From: Myxococcota bacterium
Lineage (GTDB): Bacteria > Myxococcota_A > Polyangia > Polyangiales > Sandaracinaceae
Direction of reading: 5' to 3'
Assembly: GCA_036149055.1 (NCBI GenBank)
Contig: JAYZQJ010000041.1
Coordinates: 1-20,146 of the forward strand
DNA: 20,146 nt
Positions 1-12,544 of this stretch are shown one piece after another. The number at the start of each line of letters is the position of its first letter. Within the stretch, counting starts at the first letter, position 1. The notes beneath the pieces are model-generated. The model was given only the letters and a program-made list of their open reading frames with translations, was not told where the DNA came from and ran no database searches. Both the position numbers and the translations under genes were made by a program.

Positions 1-280
1 GACCCCCTCGCCCAATCGCGGTGATCCGGATGCGGCCACTGGACGACGCAGACGCCCGTGACCCTCGGAATGAACGCCATTTCGTGGCTGACGCTCACGG
101 CCAACATGCTCGCCTGCCTACGCATCAGCGCGCCGGTTGCCCGTCGCGCTGCAAGGCTGGCTACCGGCCTGCCGGGCTCGGCTTTGACCGGGTGGGATTC
201 GCACCCACAAGACACCTCTTCCAAGTTTCGGTCGCTACCGCATCACTCCCTCCCCTCGGACCAGCAGTGCCTGGTCGCAC
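1..280 (-). mobile_element. Group II intron, 5' portion (domain I); continues beyond the left window edge
   Basis: The minus strand from 280 reads GTGCGACCAGGCACTGCTGGTCCGAGG..., the canonical GUGYG 5' end. It contains a GNRA-capped hairpin GTGGGT-GCGA-ATCCCAC (192-208), a GCAA-capped stem CAGCGCGACGG-GCAA-CCGGCGCGCTG (~125-150) and an AGCCACGAAAT motif. An EBS1 stem-loop (34-63) follows, whose loop pairs with the adjacent 5' exon. The intron-encoded protein and domains V/VI are not in the window. Confidence 0.88.
34..63 (-). other. Predicted EBS1 stem-loop of the group II intron (loop UCUGCGU, 52-46)
   Basis: The minus strand GGTCAC-GGGCG-[TCTGCGT]-CGTCC-A-GTGGCC forms an 11-bp stem with one bulge. 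The loop CUGCGU pairs with the last six 5'-exon nucleotides GCGCAG (286-281) by 5 Watson-Crick pairs and 1 G-U pair. Confidence 0.8.
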
Positions 281-436
281 CTGCGCCTCTGCGTCTCTGC
301 GAGAGACCAATTGCCACCGAAGCTCCGCACCTGGGTCGGAGCGCACGCCGAGCCCCGGCCACCCTCCATCCCGCGGCCACCCAGCCCCTTTGCGGCTTCG
401 CGGCTTGGCGAGAGCCCATCGCCGCCGAGGCACCGC
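281..436 (-). repeat. Dispersed ~110-bp repeat, two cores, the second interrupted by the intron
   Basis: The minus-strand cores CGCCAAGC-CGCGAAGC-CGCAAAG (410-388) and CGCAGAGA-CGCAGAGG-CGCAG| (301-281) are 109 bp apart. Their flanks (GCGGTGCYTCGGCGGC...GGCTCT, GGGGCTGG...GATGG...GCCGG.GCTCGGC) align by eye with the units at 19489-19990. Confidence 0.85.
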
Positions 437-469
437 ATCTAGATACGGCAGAGATCGAGAGGGCGAAGG

Positions 470-477
470 GGTATACC
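470..477. promoter_or_regulatory. Palindromic -10-like element GGTATACC (possible leaderless/bidirectional promoter)
   Basis: TATACC reads on both strands. The ATG at 484 begins 6 nt after the plus-strand hexamer. No clear -35 element. Confidence 0.35.
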
Positions 478-483
478 GGGGAC

Positions 484-1191
484 ATGACGAAGAGCTTCGT
501 GGCGGGAGCGACCGGGCTGACCGGGCGATCGGTGGTGGAGACGCTGCGGTCGAAGGGGCTCCCGGTGATCGCGCACGTGCGGCCGGACTCGTCGCGGCGG
601 GACGAGTGGCGGGCGCGCTTCGAGGAGATGGGCGCCGAGGTGGACGTGACGCCGTGGGACGAGGACGCGCTCGCCGAGACGCTGCGCGCGAAGGCGCCGG
701 ACGTGGTCTTCGCGCTCCTCGGCACGACGAAGCGGCGCGCGCGGCGGGCGGACGATCCGAGCGCGGAGACCTACGAGGCCGTCGACTACGGCCTGACCGC
801 GATGCTGCGGCGGGCGGCCGAGCGGTCCGGGCACGGGCCCCGCTTCGTGTACCTCAGCTCGATGGGGGTGAAGCCGGGGACCGCGAACGCGTACCTCGCG
901 GCCCGCGCCCGGATCGAAGCCGAGCTGCGAGAGGGCGCGTTGCCTTGGGTCTCGGCCCGCCCGTCCTTCATCGTGGGCGACCGCGACGAGACCCGGCCCG
1001 GGGAGGCCATCGGCTCGTCGGTGGCCGACGCGCTGCTCGGCGCGCTCGGCGCGGTCGGCGCGCGCTCGCTGAGGGATCGCTACGCGTCCATGACCGGGCC
1101 CGAGCTCGCCCGCGCGCTCGTCGCGATCGCCCTCGACCCGGATCGGGACGGCGAGGTCGTCGAAGCCGACGCGCTGCGCGCCCTCGCCTGA
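484..1191 (+). CDS. NAD(P)-binding Rossmann-fold protein (atypical SDR / NAD-dependent epimerase-like), 235 aa
   Basis: N-terminal FVAGATGLTG (GxxGxxG) motif, plus ALLGTT, VDY, FVYLSSMG, YxxxR and RPSFIVG segments typical of atypical SDRs. Start moved to ATG 484 because the ORF extension to 58 overlaps the intron and repeat. Confidence 0.85.
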   Translation: MTKSFVAGATGLTGRSVVETLRSKGLPVIAHVRPDSSRRDEWRARFEEMGAEVDVTPWDEDALAETLRAKAPDVVFALLGTTKRRARRADDPSAETYEAVDYGLTAMLRRAAERSGHGPRFVYLSSMGVKPGTANAYLAARARIEAELREGALPWVSARPSFIVGDRDETRPGEAIGSSVADALLGALGAVGARSLRDRYASMTGPELARALVAIALDPDRDGEVVEADALRALA

Positions 1192-1379
1192 GGCGCCCCC
1201 TTTTTGACGCGCTTGACAGGTTTACAGCGGGGCCCGGCAACGCAGTGCGTCATCGCGGGATCGTTGAGGTTTTCGACTTTACAAAACGACCCACGAACGA
1301 GGGCCTGGTAGGTGGGGCATCCGTGCCTACATGCCGCCAAAGTTACCCTGGAATCAGCTACAAAGCGGGAGTTAACGGC

Positions 1380-1407
1380 TTGACAGACCAAGGCCCTCCC
1401 ATACACT
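1380..1407 (+). promoter_or_regulatory. sigma70-type promoter for aceBA
   Basis: TTGACA (1380-1385), 16-bp spacer, TACACT (1402-1407). It is followed by a 5'UTR hairpin (1413-1443) and RBS GGAGGA (1461-1466) before ATG 1475. Confidence 0.7.
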
Positions 1408-1474
1408 CCCAGCGCTCGGCCGACCCTGGCGGCGGCCAGAGCGAGCTTCCCCTCACCACCGGAGGACTGACGCA

Positions 1475-3073
<1,599 letters not shown>

Positions 3074-3095
3074 ACCCGAGAACAGGAGTAAAGAC

Positions 3096-4367
3096 GTGGC
3101 AACCCTTCCCCCGATCGAGAGAGACACCGACGACTGGAGCCACCCGCGTTGGAAGGGCGTCGAGCGCCCCTACACGCTGGAGGACGTCAAGAAGCTCCGC
3201 GGCTCGCTGCGGCTCAGCTACACCCTCGCCGACAAGGGCGCGCGTCGCCTCTGGAAGGCGATGGACGAGAAGCCCTTCGTCCGCTCGCTCGGCGCCCTGA
3301 CCGGCGGCCAGGCGGTGCAGATGGTGCGCGCGGGCCTCGAGGCGATCTACTGCTCCGGCTGGCAGGTCGCGGCCGACGCGAACACCGCGGCGCAGACCTT
3401 CCCCGACCAGAGCCTCTACCCGGCCGACTCGGTGCCGAAGCTCGTGAAGCGCATCAACAACGCGCTCATGCGCGCCGACCAGATCGACTCCGTCGATGGC
3501 GTCGACCGCATGGACTACTTCGCGCCGATCGTCGCGGACGCGGAGGCGGGCTTCGGTGGCCCCCTCAACGCGTACGAGATGATGAAGAACATGATCGACG
3601 CGGGCGCCGCCGGCGTGCACTTCGAGGATCAGCTCTCGAGCGAGAAGAAGTGCGGCCACCTCGGCGGCAAGGTCCTCGTCCCGACCAGCGTCTTCATGCG
3701 CAGCCTCACCGCGGCCCGCCTCGCGGCCGACGTCTGCGGCGTGCCCACCGTGCTCATCGCGCGGACCGACGCCGACAGCGCCAAGCTCCTCACGAGCGAC
3801 ATCGACGAGCGCGACCAGCCGTTCTGCACCGGCGAGCGCAGCCCCGAGGGCTTCTTCTACGTGAAGACCGGCATCGAGAGCTGCATCGCCCGCGCGAAGA
3901 GCTACGCGCCGATCGCCGACCTCATCTGGATGGAGACCTCCACCCCGAACCTCGAGCAGGCCAAGCAGTTCGCGGAGTCGGTGCTCAAGGACTTCCCCGA
4001 CAAGAAGCTCGCCTACAACTGCAGCCCGAGCTTCAACTGGAAGAAGAACCTCGACGACTCGACCATCGCCAAGTTCCAGAAGGAGCTCGGCGCGATGGGC
4101 TACAAGTTCCAGTTCGTCACTCTCGCCGGCTTCCACATGCTCAACTACTCGAGCTTCATGCTCGCGAGCGACTACAACGAGCGCGGCATGGCGGCGTACT
4201 CGGAGCTCCAGGAGAAGGAGTTCGCGGCGGAGTCGATGGGCTACACCGCGACCAAGCACCAGCACGAGGTCGGCACCGGCTACTTCGACCTGGTCACCAA
4301 CCTGGTCAGCGGCGGCGAGAGCAGCACCACCGCGCTGAAGGGCTCGACCGAAGAAGAGCAGTTCTGA
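3096..4367 (+). CDS. aceA: Isocitrate lyase
   Basis: Catalytic KKCGH motif, plus [30 protein letters not shown] and [14 protein letters not shown] start with AGGAG RBS (3084-3088), 22 bp after aceB. Confidence 0.97.
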   Translation: MATLPPIERDTDDWSHPRWKGVERPYTLEDVKKLRGSLRLSYTLADKGARRLWKAMDEKPFVRSLGALTGGQAVQMVRAGLEAIYCSGWQVAADANTAAQTFPDQSLYPADSVPKLVKRINNALMRADQIDSVDGVDRMDYFAPIVADAEAGFGGPLNAYEMMKNMIDAGAAGVHFEDQLSSEKKCGHLGGKVLVPTSVFMRSLTAARLAADVCGVPTVLIARTDADSAKLLTSDIDERDQPFCTGERSPEGFFYVKTGIESCIARAKSYAPIADLIWMETSTPNLEQAKQFAESVLKDFPDKKLAYNCSPSFNWKKNLDDSTIAKFQKELGAMGYKFQFVTLAGFHMLNYSSFMLASDYNERGMAAYSELQEKEFAAESMGYTATKHQHEVGTGYFDLVTNLVSGGESSTTALKGSTEEEQF

Positions 4368-4387
4368 GCTTCGCGCTCGAACCGACG

Positions 4388-4430
4388 AAGCGGGCCGCCG
4401 TCCTCGAGACGCGCGGCCCGTTTCTCGTTT
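4388..4430 (+). terminator. Intrinsic terminator after aceA, between convergent genes
   Basis: Stem AAGCGGGCCGC-CGTC / GACG-C-GCGGCCCGTTT followed by a T-rich tract (TTTCTCGTTT). Confidence 0.7.
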
Positions 4431-4431
4431 C

Positions 4432-6168
4432 TCACTCGCTCAAGGCGACGCAGACCTCGCGGCTGACCCGGCGGGAGAGCGCGGCCTCGCCGCCGAGGAG
4501 GGACGCGCGGAGCCCGAGGTCGCGGAGCGCGGCGCGGGTGGCGTCCGGGAGGGCCTCGGGCGTCGCGTAGAAGACGACGTGGCCGAGGGCGCCGGCGGCG
4601 AGCGCGTCGACGATCGGGTCGTGCCGCACGAGGAAGGCGTCGCTCGCGTCGACACCCTCGTCCCGCGCGAGCACCCGCGCGACCTGGGCGGCGGTGTCGA
4701 AGCGGCTGGAGCCGGCGAGGCGACGCGGCGAGGGGAGCGCCCGGAGCACCGCGTCGGACACGGCCGCCGGTCCGCCGACGACGAAGGTGCGGCGGACCCC
4801 GAGGCGCTCGAGCGCGCGGCGGGTCTCGGCCGGGATCGTGTGCCGGGTCACCAGCAGCACCGGCGCGTCGAGCTGCCCCGCCGGGCCAGCCGCCGCGAGC
4901 GCGTCCGAGACGGAGGCGTCGGCGCCGGAGACGACGAAGGCGGTCCGCGCCGCCCCACGCCGCTCGGCGACCCGGGCCGCAGTGTCGAAGCGCGTCGCGC
5001 CGGCCACCCGCTCGACCCGCGAGACCGACGGCAGGCTCGCGAGCCGCGCCGCCACCCCCGCCGAGACCGCGCCCTCGCCGCCGATGACGAAGACGGTCCG
5101 GGTGCCCCAGCGGCGGAGCGCGCGCTCCGTCTCTTCCGGCAGGCGATCCGGCGCGGTGAGGATCAGGGGCGCGGACAGGGATCGCGCGAAGGGGCCGGCG
5201 CTCAGCGCGTCGATCACGCCTCCGCCCACCCCGCTCACCACCACCGCCACCGAGCGATCGACCGCGTGCGCGTCCGCGACGGCGATCGCGGTGGCGAAGC
5301 GGTTGGGGCCGGAGAGGCGGTCGACCTCGGCGCAGGGCGCGTCTTCGCCCGCGTAGAGCGCCCGGACGCCCTCCACGTCGAGGGGCGAGAGGCCGTCGTG
5401 GTTCGCCTCGTACAGGCTGCCGTCCCGGAGGGTGATCGTCGGGCTGCATCGCCCGCGCGCGTCGCAGCGACCGCTGAAGGCGGTGGGAAAGTAGTGCATG
5501 CGCGAGCCGGTGTCGTAGGGGCCGCGCGGGGTCGCGTCGACGGTCTGGAAGTAGGGCTCGGCGCCCTCCTCGAGGTTGTCCCAGTGGATGGCGACGTGGT
5601 CGTCGCGGTCGGGCCGCTGGTGCTCGTGTACGAGGCCGATCGCGTGGCCGATCTCGTGGATGACGGTGCCGACGTCGCACGCGGCGTCGAGGGTGATCTC
5701 CTGCGCGCCGCCGACCCGGCCCACGTACGACCAGCACCCACTCCCCGGCACGAAGCGCACGAAGTCGGCCTCGCCCCGCCGCGGCACGAACCGGAGCGGC
5801 GTGCGGGCCTCCCAGTGCGCGATCGCCTCGTCGACGCGGCGGCGGTCGGGCAGCGCGGGGTCGAGCTCGAACGGCACCACGGCGCCGGGCCAGAGCCGAC
5901 CGGGCCGGGCGGCGCCGTCGGCCAGCGCGTCGTGGCGCGCGCCCACCTCATGCTCCGAGCCCTCGGGCACCGATCCCTCCGCGACCGGCCGACCGACGAT
6001 CACGTCGCCCCAGACGAGCGCGAAGCCGTCGGCCTCGACGTAGCGGGTCCGGAGGACGGTGCCGTCGGGGCGACGGACGAGCCCCTCGACGTGCGCGCCC
6101 ACGACGCCGGGGGACGGGGCGGCGCAGCCGGCGCAGAGCATCGCGGTGATCCAGGAGAGACGGCGCAT
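4432..6168 (-). CDS. Predicted lipoprotein: astacin (M12A) zinc metallopeptidase with three C-terminal cell-wall-binding-2 (CWB2)-like repeats, 578 aa
   Basis: Signal/lipobox-like N-terminus MRRLSWITAMLCAGC. Astacin motifs WPGAVVPF, GCWSYVG, HEIGHAIGLVHEHQRPDRD and Met-turn SRMHY. C-terminal repeats RLSGPNRFATA / RVAGATRFDTA / RLAGSSRFDTA with PLILT/PVLLVT and VIGGEGAVS/VVGGPAAVS. Start moved from 6861 to ATG 6168. Confidence 0.88.
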   Translation of the reverse strand: MRRLSWITAMLCAGCAAPSPGVVGAHVEGLVRRPDGTVLRTRYVEADGFALVWGDVIVGRPVAEGSVPEGSEHEVGARHDALADGAARPGRLWPGAVVPFELDPALPDRRRVDEAIAHWEARTPLRFVPRRGEADFVRFVPGSGCWSYVGRVGGAQEITLDAACDVGTVIHEIGHAIGLVHEHQRPDRDDHVAIHWDNLEEGAEPYFQTVDATPRGPYDTGSRMHYFPTAFSGRCDARGRCSPTITLRDGSLYEANHDGLSPLDVEGVRALYAGEDAPCAEVDRLSGPNRFATAIAVADAHAVDRSVAVVVSGVGGGVIDALSAGPFARSLSAPLILTAPDRLPEETERALRRWGTRTVFVIGGEGAVSAGVAARLASLPSVSRVERVAGATRFDTAARVAERRGAARTAFVVSGADASVSDALAAAGPAGQLDAPVLLVTRHTIPAETRRALERLGVRRTFVVGGPAAVSDAVLRALPSPRRLAGSSRFDTAAQVARVLARDEGVDASDAFLVRHDPIVDALAAGALGHVVFYATPEALPDATRAALRDLGLRASLLGGEAALSRRVSREVCVALSE

Positions 6169-6180
6169 GGGGGCGCCTGG

Positions 6181-6196
6181 TGCAAGGGCCGCTCCA
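6181..6196 (-). promoter_or_regulatory. sigma54 (-24/-12) promoter for the astacin gene
   Basis: The minus strand TGGAGC-GGCCC-TTGCA has the exact GG-N10-GC spacing. The ATG follows 13 nt after the GC. Confidence 0.6.
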
Positions 6197-6307
6197 TGCG
6201 CGACGGACGGGCGGCGGGGCCCCGAGGCTGTGGGGTCCGACCCCACGCCGGCCACTCGAGCCGCCATCGGCTGCAATCGCGCGGGGAATCGGGCAACATG
6301 GTCCGCG

Positions 6308-9916
<3,609 letters not shown>

Positions 9917-9918
9917 GA

Positions 9919-9948
9919 GAGGCCGCCCGCGCGAGCGCGAGCGGCCTC
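9919..9948 (-). terminator. GC-rich hairpin between the convergent kinase and fasciclin genes (probable terminator)
   Basis: Minus strand GAGGCCGCTCGCG-CTCG-CGCGGGCGGCCTC, a 13-bp stem with one G-U pair; weak U tail. Confidence 0.55.
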
Positions 9949-9968
9949 CGTCGGAGTGAAGAGCGGGC

Positions 9969-11342
9969 TCAGGGCAGCAGGACCTCGCTGATCACGTGCA
10001 CCACGCCGTTGGTGACGTTGATGTCGGTGATCAGGATGTCCGCCGCGCCCGCGCCGGTGGCGCCGCTCGGGCCGCTGACGGTGGGCGGCGTGGCCGCGGT
10101 GTCGAAGGTCAGCGTCCCGTTGAGCGAGTCCGCGGTGGCGGGGATCCCGTCCGAGAGGACCGGCGCGCCCGCGTTGACCACGTGGGTGAGCAGGACGTCG
10201 CGGAGGGCCTCGGCGCTGAGGTCGCCGGGCGCGCGCCCGAAGGCGTCGTTGGTCGGCGCAAAGACGGTGTAGGGCTCGTTCGCGCTGAGCGCCTCGGCCA
10301 CGGTCGTGCCGTCGCCCAGCGGCGCGGCCGCGCCGACGGCGGTGACGAGCTCGCTCAGACCCGCGGCGCCGGCCGCGTCCGGCACGTTGAGCGGGATGAG
10401 GACCGCGTCGACGACGTGCACGATGCCGTTGGTGGCGACCACGTTGGCGACCGACACGTTCACGAAGCCGTTGATGGTCACGCCGTCGCTGGTGTCGAAG
10501 ATCAGGGTCAGCCCGTTGCCGTAGGCGTTGGTCGCGGCGCTGTTCGCGAAGTCGGGGACCTCGCCCGACGGGACCGCGGCGCCGGCGATCACGTGGTACA
10601 GCAGCACCTGCGCGAGCGCGTCACCGGTCGGGACCGCCGAGAGCGCCTCGAACGCCTCGTTGGTCGGCGCGAAGACGGTGAACGGGCCCTCGCCCTGGAG
10701 CGTCTCCACGAGGTCGGCGTCCGCGACCGCGCCCACGAGCGTGGTCAGCCCCGCGTAGGTCGCGAGCATGGGAATGTCCGGCGGGAGGAGGACGCGGTCG
10801 ATCACGTGGATGATCCCGTTGGACGCCTCGATGTCCGCCATCACGACGTTCGCGCCGCCGGTGACCGCGTTGCCGCCGTTGATCGTGACGCCGCCCTCGG
10901 TGCCGAGGATGAGCGAGACGCCGCCGGCCGCGCTGGCCGCCGGGCCGGCCGTGATCGAGCCCGAATCGACCGCCGCGCCGCTGATGACGTGGTAGGTCAG
11001 GATGGCCGTGAGCTGCTCGTTCGACATGCCCTCGATCATCTCCATGGTGATCCCGGACGCCTCGAACGCGGCGTTGGTGGGCGCGAAGACGGTGTAGGGG
11101 CCAGGCGCCTCGAGCACGGCGACGAGGCCGGCCTGATCGGCGGCCGCCACCAGCATCGAGAAGTTCTCGTCCGACGTGGCGATGTCGGCGATGGTGTTAC
11201 CCATGGTGCCGCCGTCGTCGCCGCCGGTGCCGGTGTCCTCGGCCATGCCCGAGTCGATCGGGTCGTCGCCGTCGTCGCAGCCAAACGCCAGCGGGAGCGC
11301 GAGAGCGCACACGGCCAGCGCGATCCAGGTCTTGGTTCGCAT
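9969..11342 (-). CDS. Fasciclin (FAS1) domain lipoprotein, three FAS1 repeats
   Basis: Lipobox LAFGC. Three copies of the H1 motif [YF]TVFAPTN.AF, the central Y/T-H motif, and the H2 motif NG[IV][IV]HV[IV]. RBS AGGAGG at 11348-11353. Confidence 0.93.
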   Translation of the reverse strand: MRTKTWIALAVCALALPLAFGCDDGDDPIDSGMAEDTGTGGDDGGTMGNTIADIATSDENFSMLVAAADQAGLVAVLEAPGPYTVFAPTNAAFEASGITMEMIEGMSNEQLTAILTYHVISGAAVDSGSITAGPAASAAGGVSLILGTEGGVTINGGNAVTGGANVVMADIEASNGIIHVIDRVLLPPDIPMLATYAGLTTLVGAVADADLVETLQGEGPFTVFAPTNEAFEALSAVPTGDALAQVLLYHVIAGAAVPSGEVPDFANSAATNAYGNGLTLIFDTSDGVTINGFVNVSVANVVATNGIVHVVDAVLIPLNVPDAAGAAGLSELVTAVGAAAPLGDGTTVAEALSANEPYTVFAPTNDAFGRAPGDLSAEALRDVLLTHVVNAGAPVLSDGIPATADSLNGTLTFDTAATPPTVSGPSGATGAGAADILITDINVTNGVVHVISEVLLP

Positions 11343-11485
11343 GATGTCCTCCTGAGTTGTCGAAGCGAAGTGCGGGTAGCTCCCCCGGAGCAGTACCCCC
11401 GACGCTGAGCCGAGCTAGTGTCGGGCTCGAGCGGCGACAACGCTCAAAACGACCAAAAGGACCATCGAATCGATCGATACCAGGC

Positions 11486-12484
11486 TCAATCGCCCAGAAT
11501 GTATCCGAAAATCAGCGGGGCCACGATCGTCGCGTCGGACTGAATCATGAATTTGGGCGTTTCTACGTCCAGCTTGCCCCAGGTGATTTTTTCGTTCGGG
11601 ACCGCCCCCGAGTACCCCCCGTAGGAGGTCACCGCGTCCGAGATCTGGCAGAAGTAACCCCAGAACGGGACCCTCTCCATCTGCAAGTCCTGAATCATCG
11701 TCGGCACCGCGCAGATGGCGAAGTCGCCCGCGATCCCGCCGCCGACCTGGAAGAAGCCGACGCTCGGGTGGTCGGCCCCGTCCGCGTCCTCGCCCCGGTA
11801 GCCGGAGTGCTCGAGGTACCAGCGCATCAGGTGCTCCATCTGCTCGGTGCCGCTCTTGACGCACTGGTGGTGCGGGAGCGCCTTCCGGTAGACGGCGGCG
11901 GCGAACATGTTGCCCGTGGTCGAGTCCTCCCAGCCCGGGGAGTAGACGGGGATGCCCTTCTCCTTGGCCGCGAACATCCAGGAGTCCGACTCGGGGATCT
12001 GGAAGTGCTGCTTGAGGGTCTGGTCGTCGAGCACGTCGAAGAGGTACTCGCTCTCCATCTTGCGCTCGCCCTCGTCGCAGGCCTTCTTCCAGCGATCGAT
12101 GAGGCGCTTCTCCAGGTGCCGCATCACCGTCTCCGGGATGCAGGTGTCGGTCACCCGGTTGAAGCCGCGGTCGTAGAGCGCCTTCTCGTCCTCCGCGCTC
12201 AGCGCGCGCCAGTCCTGGATGATCTCGTACTCGTTCGCCGCGAGGAGGTTGAAGATGTCCTCCTCGAGGTTCGCCCCGGTGCAGCAGATCGCGTGCACCT
12301 TGTCGGCGCGGATGAGCCGCCCGAGGATCCTGCCGATCCGCGCCGTGCTCATCGCGCCGGCGAGGGTGACCATCATCTTCCCTCCGGCGGCCAGGTGCGC
12401 CTCCCAGGCCTTGGCCGCGTCGACGACCTCCCGGCTGTTGAAGTGCAGGTAGTGATGGTCCATGAAGTCGCGCACCGCGCCCAT
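11486..12484 (-). CDS. Deoxyhypusine synthase-like protein (bacterial DHS family; likely polyamine/homospermidine pathway)
   Basis: Motifs TLAGAMSTA, CTGANLEED, PGWEDST, QVGGGIAGDF, YGGYSGAVPNEKITWGK and IQSDATIVAPL. RBS GAGGTG; a TATACT -10-like hexamer at 12525-12520. Confidence 0.9.
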   Translation of the reverse strand: MGAVRDFMDHHYLHFNSREVVDAAKAWEAHLAAGGKMMVTLAGAMSTARIGRILGRLIRADKVHAICCTGANLEEDIFNLLAANEYEIIQDWRALSAEDEKALYDRGFNRVTDTCIPETVMRHLEKRLIDRWKKACDEGERKMESEYLFDVLDDQTLKQHFQIPESDSWMFAAKEKGIPVYSPGWEDSTTGNMFAAAVYRKALPHHQCVKSGTEQMEHLMRWYLEHSGYRGEDADGADHPSVGFFQVGGGIAGDFAICAVPTMIQDLQMERVPFWGYFCQISDAVTSYGGYSGAVPNEKITWGKLDVETPKFMIQSDATIVAPLIFGYILGD

Positions 12485-12544
12485 CGGTTCACCTCGTCTG
12501 TCGTCGAAAAAGGGGGAGCAGTATAGACGCCGCCCCCCGAAGAG

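Noticed and set aside
192..208. tRNA T-arm-like hairpin (minus strand GTGGGTGCGAATCCCAC)
   Set aside because: There is no cloverleaf, acceptor stem or anticodon arm around it. It fits a GNRA-capped domain I hairpin of the group II intron.
58..483. N-terminal extension of ORF 58..1191 and ORF 21..1478
   Set aside because: They overlap the antisense intron RNA and the repeat. The recognisable Rossmann fold starts at ATG 484.
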